From NCBI GenBank assembly GCA_031366795.1, contig JANLOX010000143.1, forward strand, positions 1 to 21,091: a stretch of DNA of 21,091 nt, in the 5' to 3' direction. The notes under the pieces are model-generated. The model had not been told where the DNA came from. It saw only the letters and a list, made by a program, of their open reading frames with translations, and made no database searches. The position numbers were made by a program, and so were the translations under genes. This stretch comes from Candidatus Eiseniibacteriota bacterium (lineage in GTDB: Bacteria; Eisenbacteria; RBG-16-71-46). Below, piece after piece: positions 1 to 6,393 of the stretch. Each line of letters begins with the position of its first letter. Positions within the stretch are counted from its first letter, which is position 1.

Positions 1-273
1 ACGCGCACCGCCGACGCGGTGGAGATCACGGTCGCCGACGACGGGCCCGGCCTCAGCACCGCGCAGCGCGCGCAACTGTTCGTTCCGGAATTCACCACCA
101 AGCCCGCAGGCAGCGGCCTCGGCCTCACGATCACGCAACGCATCATCAGCGATCACCGCGGCACCATCCGCGTGGATCCCGCCGGTGCGTGCGGAACCAC
201 GTTCCGCATCGTGCTGCCGCTCACGCAATCGGCCGTCACCAACCCGAACTTCAGCGCACCCCCGAAGGGTTGA
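1..273 (+). CDS. Sensor histidine kinase, C-terminal HATPase_c fragment (5' end outside window)
   Basis: Frame is open from base 1. It carries the G1 box DDGPG, F box LFVPEFTTK and G2 box GSGLGL, and stops 4 nt before a response regulator. Confidence 0.93.
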   Translation, partial: TRTADAVEITVADDGPGLSTAQRAQLFVPEFTTKPAGSGLGLTITQRIISDHRGTIRVDPAGACGTTFRIVLPLTQSAVTNPNFSAPPKG

Positions 274-277
274 AGCC

Positions 278-1627
278 ATGCCCACACTGCTGATCGTCGA
301 TGACGAAGCGAACATCCGCAGCAGCCTGCAGGGCGCCCTGGGCCGTGAGGGCTACCAGGTCGATGAGGCCGGCTCGCTCGCGGAAGCGCGCGTGCGGCTG
401 CATGAATCCTACGACCTCGTGATGCTCGATGTATGGTTGCCCGACGGCAGCGGACTGGATTTGCTGGCTGAACTCCAGAAGACAGCGCCCGAGACGGTCG
501 CCATCATGATGTCGGGGCATGCCACGATCGACGTGGCGATCAAGGCGACACGGCTTGGCGCCTTCGACTTTCTCGAGAAGCCGCTGTCGCTCGAGCACCT
601 GCTCGTGACGCTGCGCAATGCCGCCTCGGCGCTCACCCTGCGCGCCGAGAACCAGCGGCACCGGGCGGCGTGGGCGTTACCCATCGTGGGCACATCGCCT
701 GCGATCGAAGCCTTGATGGCGCAGATCGAACAGGCCGGCCCGAGCCCCGCGCGCGTGCTGATCCAGGGCGAGAACGGCACGGGCAAGGAACTCGTGGCGC
801 GTGCACTCCACACATCGAGCCCGCGGCGCGACGCGCCGTTCGTGGCGGTGAACTGCTCCGCGATCCCGGAAGAGCTGATCGAGTCCGAGCTGTTCGGCCA
901 CGAGCGCGGCGCCTTCACGGGTGCCACGCAGGGACGCCGTGGCCGCTTCGAGGAAGCGCATGGCGGCACGCTGTTCCTCGATGAGGTCGCGGAGCTGAGT
1001 CCGCGCGCCCAGACCAAGCTGCTGCGCGTACTTCAAGAATGCGAGCTGTCTCGCGTTGGCGGCAATCGCCCGATCAAGGTCGACGTGCGGGTGATCGCCG
1101 CAACCAATCTCGACCTGCGCGGACGCGTTGACCATGGGCAGTTTCGCGAGGACCTATTCTTCCGCCTCGCAGTGATCCCGATGACGGTGCCGCCGCTGCG
1201 CGCGCGTCCTGAGGATATCGGACCGCTCGTGCAACACTTCGCGGCGCGGCTGGCGAAGGAGACGGGACAACGGCGCAAGAGTTTCGAAGCCGATGCGATC
1301 GCGCTGCTGCGCAACTATGCGTTCCCTGGAAACGTGCGCGAGCTGCACAACCTCGTCGAGCGCCTGTCGATCATGTCGTCCCGGTCGAGCATCGGTGCCG
1401 CCGATGTACGAGCAGTGCTACCCGCGGCGGGCTCGGCGACGGTCATGCCGGGCACGATGCGCCTGAGTGAAGCAGTGCAGGGCTTCGAGCGCACGCAGAT
1501 CGAAGCGGCGATCGCCGCGACCGGCGGCAACATGGCGCAGGCGGCCGTGCGGTTGGGACTCGAGCGCAGCCATCTCTACAAGAAGATGCGCAAGTTCGGG
1601 ATGAAGGCGGACGCGAGCGAGAGCTGA
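278..1627 (+). CDS. Sigma-54-dependent response regulator (REC-AAA+-HTH_8; NtrX/AtoC/NtrC-like)
   Basis: REC motifs LLIVDDE, LDVWLPD and FDFLEKP; Walker A GENGTGKE; ESELFGHERGAFTGA; Walker B LFLDEV; FPGNVREL; Fis-type HTH AAVRLGLERSHLYKKM. Start set at ATG 278 (MPTLLIVDD) rather than 185. Confidence 0.96.
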   Translation: MPTLLIVDDEANIRSSLQGALGREGYQVDEAGSLAEARVRLHESYDLVMLDVWLPDGSGLDLLAELQKTAPETVAIMMSGHATIDVAIKATRLGAFDFLEKPLSLEHLLVTLRNAASALTLRAENQRHRAAWALPIVGTSPAIEALMAQIEQAGPSPARVLIQGENGTGKELVARALHTSSPRRDAPFVAVNCSAIPEELIESELFGHERGAFTGATQGRRGRFEEAHGGTLFLDEVAELSPRAQTKLLRVLQECELSRVGGNRPIKVDVRVIAATNLDLRGRVDHGQFREDLFFRLAVIPMTVPPLRARPEDIGPLVQHFAARLAKETGQRRKSFEADAIALLRNYAFPGNVRELHNLVERLSIMSSRSSIGAADVRAVLPAAGSATVMPGTMRLSEAVQGFERTQIEAAIAATGGNMAQAAVRLGLERSHLYKKMRKFGMKADASES

Positions 1628-1636
1628 GCACGCAAG

Positions 1637-1671
1637 AGCGCCCGGCTGAACTAGAGCTTCAACCGGGCGCT
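1637..1671. terminator. Inverted repeat between convergent genes, probable terminator hairpin
   Basis: AGCGCCCGGCTGAA-ctagagc-TTCAACCGGGCGCT is a 14-bp stem that pairs fully on the minus strand with one G-U. It has no U-tract. Confidence 0.55.
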
Positions 1672-1688
1672 GGAGCGAATGGTGCGAT

Positions 1689-2264
1689 CTACGCTTTGAG
1701 GTCGATGCCGAAGAACGTGGTCGTGCCGTCGCCACCACTCTTCGCCGTGACACTCGTCGCCGCCGGGGTTGTCGGCTGGCTGACCGGGTCGGGAGCTGTG
1801 GGCGTCGCCGTCACACCCTGACCACCGTTGACGCCACCGTGATGGTGGTGATGGCCACGATGATGTCCACCGCGCACCGCCTCCATGTCCGTGGTGAGTT
1901 TGGAGAACGCATCCTGTGCCGCGGTGAGGTCTCCGCTGGCGAGAGCGGTACTGAGTGCATCGACATCAGCACGCACCACCGCGCGCGGGTCCTTCGGTGC
2001 ATCCTTCGTGGCCGCGGCAGCGCCCGTCGCGGTCTTTTCGTGATCACTGTCACCATCGGCGTCCGGGCGGCTCGCGTTGGGCGCAGGATTCGGCAGGATC
2101 TTCTGCAGGTCGGCGAACGCCGCCTGCGCCGCCTTCATGTCGCCCGACTTGAGCGCGGTGGACAGGTCGCGAAAGTTCCTGCGGCCCTGCTCCATCGTGC
2201 TCTTCCAGTACGCCATGAACGCGCTCATCCCTGAAGCTTGCCGGGTAGGATCGACGGAACTCAT
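1689..2264 (-). CDS. Hypothetical protein with two helical repeats (ALxSGDxxAAQxAF), a DxDGD motif and a His tract
   Basis: 191 aa with SD GGAAGGAG upstream of the ATG. Repeats LSTALKSGDMKAAQAAFADL and LSTALASGDLTAAQDAFSKL; also DADGDSD, HHRGHHHHH and C-terminal GIDLKA. Confidence 0.85.
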   Translation of the reverse strand: MSSVDPTRQASGMSAFMAYWKSTMEQGRRNFRDLSTALKSGDMKAAQAAFADLQKILPNPAPNASRPDADGDSDHEKTATGAAAATKDAPKDPRAVVRADVDALSTALASGDLTAAQDAFSKLTTDMEAVRGGHHRGHHHHHGGVNGGQGVTATPTAPDPVSQPTTPAATSVTAKSGGDGTTTFFGIDLKA

Positions 2265-2371
2265 GCAACACTCCTTCCGGTCCGGCGACGCCGCGGGATT
2301 CTGCCGGACTCGACAACGTGGTCATGCCATCTCGCGCCGCCGTGCCGCGGTCGCCGTGATCCACGTCATCG

Positions 2372-2387
2372 AGCAGATGCCGTGCCT
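2372..2387 (-). promoter_or_regulatory. Candidate sigma-54 (-24/-12) promoter for the His-rich gene
   Basis: Minus strand AGGCACGGCATCTGCT has GG-N10-GC spacing and closely matches TGGCACG-N4-TTGCW. It lies about 108 nt upstream of the ATG at 2264. Confidence 0.55.
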
Positions 2388-2449
2388 CGCTTGGTGTCCC
2401 TCGCCGCGCACATGAGGACTTCGCGCTAAGTAGCTGTGAACGCGCGCCC

Positions 2450-2465
2450 TGTTGAACCCCTGACA
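2450..2465. promoter_or_regulatory. Candidate upstream activator sequence (TGT-N10-ACA)
   Basis: TGTTGAACCCCTGACA lies 63-78 bp upstream of the candidate -24 element. The motif is short and could be a chance match. Confidence 0.35.
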
Positions 2466-2578
2466 ATCCGTGGACCGCGCATGAATCGGGGGCGCTTGAT
2501 CCACCAGCGCCCAATTTCAGCGCAGTCGCGGTTGGGCTGCTGAGCGGGTCCCGACCGCGTGCGTTGCGTGCGGGGCTT

Positions 2579-2670
2579 GGCGTGACGCGCGTGCGTCCCC
2601 CGGCGTGACGCGCGTGCGTCTCCCGGCGTGACGCGCGCGCGTCTCCCGGCGTGACGCGCACGCGCCACCC
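2579..2670. repeat. Tandem array of four 23-bp units with palindromic core
   Basis: GGCGTGACGCGCGTGCGTCCCCC (2579-2601), GGCGTGACGCGCGTGCGTCTCCC (2602-2624), GGCGTGACGCGCGCGCGTCTCCC (2625-2647) and GGCGTGACGCGCACGCGCCACCC (2648-2670). There are no spacers. Confidence 0.95.
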
Positions 2671-2679
2671 CGATAGACT
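2651..2679 (+). promoter_or_regulatory. Candidate sigma-70 promoter of argJ
   Basis: GTGACG (2651-2656), 17 nt, TAGACT (2674-2679). SD AGGAG follows at 2711-2715 and the GTG start at 2723. Confidence 0.5.
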
Positions 2680-2722
2680 GCCGCGCTCGCACACATGACG
2701 CGCCAGTCTTAGGAGATACCCC

Positions 2723-3946
2723 GTGCCTTCCATCACCACCGAAGCAGAACTCGCATCGTTCACGTTGGCCCCTGGCTTCCACTCCTCCGCGACCGCGTGT
2801 GGCCTGAAGAAGAGTGGCGCGCTCGACCTCACGCTCATCTGGAGCGATACGCCCTGCACCGCCGCCGGCGTGTTCACCACGAACCGCGTGCAGGCAGCGC
2901 CCGTGCTGATCGACCGCGAACGCATCGCCGGACCGAGTGCGCAACTGCGCGGCGTCATTGCGAACGCCGGCTGTGCGAACGCCGTGACGGGCGCGCGCGG
3001 GATGGCGGACGCAAAGCAGATGTGCGAACTCGCCGCAGCCGCCATCGGCGCGCAGCCTGCCGAGATGCTCGTGCTCTCGACCGGCGTGATCGGCGTCTTT
3101 CTCGACATGGACAAAGTCGCGAAGGGCGTCGAGTCGCTGCGCGGGCCCGCCGCGCTGCGCTCCGCGAGCGATGCGGCGCGCGCCATCCTCACCACCGATA
3201 CGCGGCCCAAGATCGCCAGCGCAAGCGTCGCCCTCGAACCGAACCCTGTTCACTTCGCAGGCTTCGCCAAGGGCGCGGGCATGATCCACCCGAACATGGC
3301 CACCATGCTCGCCGTCGTCACGACCGACGCGCGCATCTCTGCCGCGCGCCTCAACCGCGCGCTGCGAGCCGCCGTCGAACACAGCTTCAACCGCATCTGC
3401 GTCGATGGCGACATGAGCACGAACGACACGCTGCTGGTGCTCGCCTCGGGCGTCTCCGGCACGCGCATCGACGATACGAACGAGGCCGCATTCACCGCGG
3501 CGCTGACCGGCGTGTGCGAACACCTGGCGCGCCAGATCGCGCGCGACGGCGAAGGCGCCACGCGCCTCGTTGAACTGCGCGTCACCGGTGCCGCGAGCGA
3601 CACGCAGGCGCATCGCGTCGGCGATGCCATCGCCTGTTCGCCGCTGGTGAAGACCGCCATCCACGGCTGCGACCCCAACTGGGGCCGCGTCCTTGCCGCG
3701 GCCGGCTACAGCGGCGAGGCGATCGATCCCGACCGCGTGAGGCTGTGGTTCGGCGAAGGGGACGCGGTGCAGCTGCTCGACCGCGGCCTGCCCATCGCAT
3801 TCGACCGGGAGCAGGCATCCGCCCTGCTGCGCGAGGATCCCGCGATCGTGCACATCGATCTCGGGCTCGGCACCGACAAGTCGGTGCTTTGGACCTGCGA
3901 CTTGAGCGCCGAGTACATCAGGATCAACGCCGACTACACGACCTAA
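2723..3946 (+). CDS. argJ: Ornithine acetyltransferase / glutamate N-acetyltransferase ArgJ
   Basis: Motifs AAGVFTTN, NAGCANAVTG, STGVIG, ILTTDT, KGAGMIHPNMATML (autocleavage Thr), DGDMSTNDT, ARDGEGA, DPNWGR and YIRINADYTT. Confidence 0.97.
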   Translation: MPSITTEAELASFTLAPGFHSSATACGLKKSGALDLTLIWSDTPCTAAGVFTTNRVQAAPVLIDRERIAGPSAQLRGVIANAGCANAVTGARGMADAKQMCELAAAAIGAQPAEMLVLSTGVIGVFLDMDKVAKGVESLRGPAALRSASDAARAILTTDTRPKIASASVALEPNPVHFAGFAKGAGMIHPNMATMLAVVTTDARISAARLNRALRAAVEHSFNRICVDGDMSTNDTLLVLASGVSGTRIDDTNEAAFTAALTGVCEHLARQIARDGEGATRLVELRVTGAASDTQAHRVGDAIACSPLVKTAIHGCDPNWGRVLAAAGYSGEAIDPDRVRLWFGEGDAVQLLDRGLPIAFDREQASALLREDPAIVHIDLGLGTDKSVLWTCDLSAEYIRINADYTT

Positions 3947-3975
3947 TCTTCGCGCGTCGTTCACACGGAGGCCTG

Positions 3976-5082
3976 ATGGACACCCCGACCAAGGCAACGC
4001 AGCACTGCCATAACGTGGCCGATTTCGAGACCCTCGCGCGCGAGCGCATGGAGCCAGGCGCCTTCGGCTACTTCGCAGGCGGCGCGGGCGACGAGCTGAC
4101 CCTGGCCGAGAACATCCGCGCCTATGAGCGCGTTCGACTGACGCCGCGTGTACTCGTGGACGTCAGCACCATCGACACGCAACTCGAGTTGCTGGGGCTG
4201 CAGCTACCGAGCCCGATCGTGCTCGCGCCCACCGCATACCATCGCCTCGCGCATCCCGAGGGCGAGGTCGCGACCGCTCGTGCTGCCGGAGCTGTCGGGT
4301 CATTAATGGTCGTGAGCACCATGGCGACGCGCACAATTGAAGAAGTCGCGGAAGCCGCGACCGCCCCACTCTGGTTCCAACTCTACGTCCACAAGAACCG
4401 CGACATCACGCGCCACTTCGTGGAGCGCGCCCAAGCCGCCGGCTATCGCGCGATCGTGCTGACCGTCGACACGCCACGCCTCGGACGCCGCGAGCGCGAT
4501 TCGCGCACGGGCTTCATGCTCCCCGCCGACATGCCGCCCGCGAACTTCGCCATGAAATACGCCGACCACGCTCGCCCCGGCAATGCCGGCAGCGAGGTCA
4601 CACTGCGGACGCAAGTGCTCGCGCATCTCGAGGGCTCGCTGACGTGGGAGTCGCTCAAGGAGATCCGCGCGATGTCGAAGCTGCCACTCCTGCTCAAGGG
4701 CGTGATGGCGCCGGAGGACGCGCGCCTCGCCGTCGCCGCCGGCGTCGATGGCCTGATCGTCTCGAACCACGGCGGCCGCCAGCTTGATGGAGCCGAGGCC
4801 ACGATCACCGCATTGCCTCACGTCGTCGACGCTGTGGGCGGCGCGATGCCCGTGCTCGTCGACGGCGGGATCCGCCGCGGAGTCGATGTGCTGAAGGCGC
4901 TGGCGCTGGGCGCGCGCGCCGTGCTGATCGGGCGGCCGTACTTGTGGGGACTCGCGGCCGACGGTGAGGCGGGAGTGCGCCAGGTGCTCGAGATGCTCAA
5001 CGGAGAGCTGGAGCTGGCGATGGCGCTGTGCGGGTGCCCCACGCTGAGCGCGATTGAGCGCGAGATGGCGCGGGTCGAGTAA
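3976..5082 (+). CDS. FMN-dependent alpha-hydroxy acid oxidase/dehydrogenase (glycolate oxidase / LldD / Hmo family)
   Basis: Motifs YFAGGAGDE, LAPTA, WFQLY, LTVDTP, LLLKGV, SNHGGRQLD, DGGIRRGVDVLKALALGA and GRPYLWGL. Start is ATG 3976 after SD GGAGG. Confidence 0.95.
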   Translation: MDTPTKATQHCHNVADFETLARERMEPGAFGYFAGGAGDELTLAENIRAYERVRLTPRVLVDVSTIDTQLELLGLQLPSPIVLAPTAYHRLAHPEGEVATARAAGAVGSLMVVSTMATRTIEEVAEAATAPLWFQLYVHKNRDITRHFVERAQAAGYRAIVLTVDTPRLGRRERDSRTGFMLPADMPPANFAMKYADHARPGNAGSEVTLRTQVLAHLEGSLTWESLKEIRAMSKLPLLLKGVMAPEDARLAVAAGVDGLIVSNHGGRQLDGAEATITALPHVVDAVGGAMPVLVDGGIRRGVDVLKALALGARAVLIGRPYLWGLAADGEAGVRQVLEMLNGELELAMALCGCPTLSAIEREMARVE

Positions 5083-5101
5083 TGAAGCGCCGCCGAGGCG
5101 C

Positions 5102-6280
5102 CTATTGCAGCCGCACCACCCGCCGCACGTCCACTGCGCCGTCCCGCTCGAGCCGCAGGAAGTAGATTCCGGGATCCGCTTGCAAGCCCGCAGTCGTGCT
5201 CCCATCCCACACGACCGTTCCCGAAGCCTCGAGCACCCGATCGGCGAGCCGCCGCACGACGCGCCCTGCGACATCTTGAACCGTCACGCGCGCGTGGAAG
5301 GGCGCCGGAGCCGAGTAACGCAACGAGCTGCTCCCGCGCGACGGACTCGGCGTAGCCACGCCAAGCGACCACGAGGCATACACCGGCGGCGCGACGCCCA
5401 CGGTGCCCCCAGAGATGCCGAGGTGCGCCGCCCTGCTTGGCTCGGTCGTCGATCCGCTGGTCACCAGCACATCGTAATTCGCGGTGTCCGGCCAACAGGC
5501 GTGCTGAACCGAGAAGCAGGACGTGTTGACCCCGGTGTAGTGCGCGGTGTTCGTCAACGGAACGTAGTTGCGGCGCCACTGGTACGTAAACGAGCCCACC
5601 GCTCCGTTCGGCACGACACAGAACGTCGCGATCGTGTCGCAGCGAACGATGCGATCGGTCGGGTGCGTCGTGATCAGGCTCGCCGGGCACACGCTGCACT
5701 GCCAGATGGCGTTGAAACCGCCACCGGATCCGTTCTGCACCGATGACCAAACCGCGGACTCCGCCTCGACCTCGTAGTCGCCCGCGGCAAGCCTGCCCGA
5801 GACGTTGGTCGTGTCATGGGCGAAGTGGTAAAGCGTCCCTCCCGGTCCGCGAACGTCGACATAAGCCCCGTCCATCGGCACACCGGGATCGGCCTGTGCG
5901 AACAGCGAGTACGTAATGCACTGGCTCACCCTGAACTTCCACTTGAGGTGCGACTTCGCGTCGTAGTGGTCCGCGGGATGCACGTTCCAACTGCCCGACG
6001 TCGCCCCGGAGATGTTGAAGCTCGATGGGGAGATGTAGGACGTCTGCGTCGCGTTGGCGGTACCCGATCCTTCGACCGTCCCGGTGACGTTGGCGACGGC
6101 GAGATCGAACCAGATAGCGAACGGCGAGGGCGGCGTCTTCGCCTGGTGATCGCTCCTGCCGTCGTAGATAACCTTGGCGTCGATTGAGCGGTCGTCGGTG
6201 AGCGGGACCATCTGGGCTTCAGCGGGGCGATACACCAGCAACAGTGCGCAAACGGCAAGCGCGATTCTCGAGAAGGGCAT
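5102..6280 (-). CDS. Secreted protein with Ig-like domain and C-terminal FlgD-Ig/T9SS-CTD-like domain
   Basis: SD GGAG precedes ATG 6280. Signal peptide MPFSRIALAVCALLLVYRPAEA; Ig signature ITTHP..ATF..TYQWRRN..YDVLVT; CTD PSPSRG..DVAGRVVRRL..WDG..PGIYFLRL. Confidence 0.85.
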   Translation of the reverse strand: MPFSRIALAVCALLLVYRPAEAQMVPLTDDRSIDAKVIYDGRSDHQAKTPPSPFAIWFDLAVANVTGTVEGSGTANATQTSYISPSSFNISGATSGSWNVHPADHYDAKSHLKWKFRVSQCITYSLFAQADPGVPMDGAYVDVRGPGGTLYHFAHDTTNVSGRLAAGDYEVEAESAVWSSVQNGSGGGFNAIWQCSVCPASLITTHPTDRIVRCDTIATFCVVPNGAVGSFTYQWRRNYVPLTNTAHYTGVNTSCFSVQHACWPDTANYDVLVTSGSTTEPSRAAHLGISGGTVGVAPPVYASWSLGVATPSPSRGSSSLRYSAPAPFHARVTVQDVAGRVVRRLADRVLEASGTVVWDGSTTAGLQADPGIYFLRLERDGAVDVRRVVRLQ

Positions 6281-6369
6281 GGCGAACTCCGGGCAGGATC
6301 CATACTCGAGAGCGCAGGGCCTGCGAGCCGGGGTACGCGAGCAGCCTTCACGATGAAAGCGGATGCGGA

Positions 6370-6378
6370 AGTCTAGCA
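6370..6378 (-). promoter_or_regulatory. Candidate extended -10 promoter for the 6280 gene
   Basis: Minus strand TGcTAGACT lies about 90 nt upstream of the ATG and has the same -10 hexamer as the argJ candidate. Confidence 0.3.
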
Positions 6379-6393
6379 CATGGACGAGGGCAC

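Noticed and set aside
2489..2560. Riboswitch in the hairpins upstream of argJ
   Set aside because: Two GC-rich stems exist, but there is no recognisable aptamer consensus and they lie upstream of the candidate argJ promoter.
2579..2670. CRISPR array
   Set aside because: The units are directly adjacent with no unique spacers, and there are no cas genes in the window.
2050..3997. Long antisense ORFs (386 aa and 523 aa) and similar shadow ORFs at 9163-10248, 10267-11451 and 19763-20740
   Set aside because: They oppose well-supported genes, have no recognisable motifs, and are expected in high-GC DNA with few off-frame stops.
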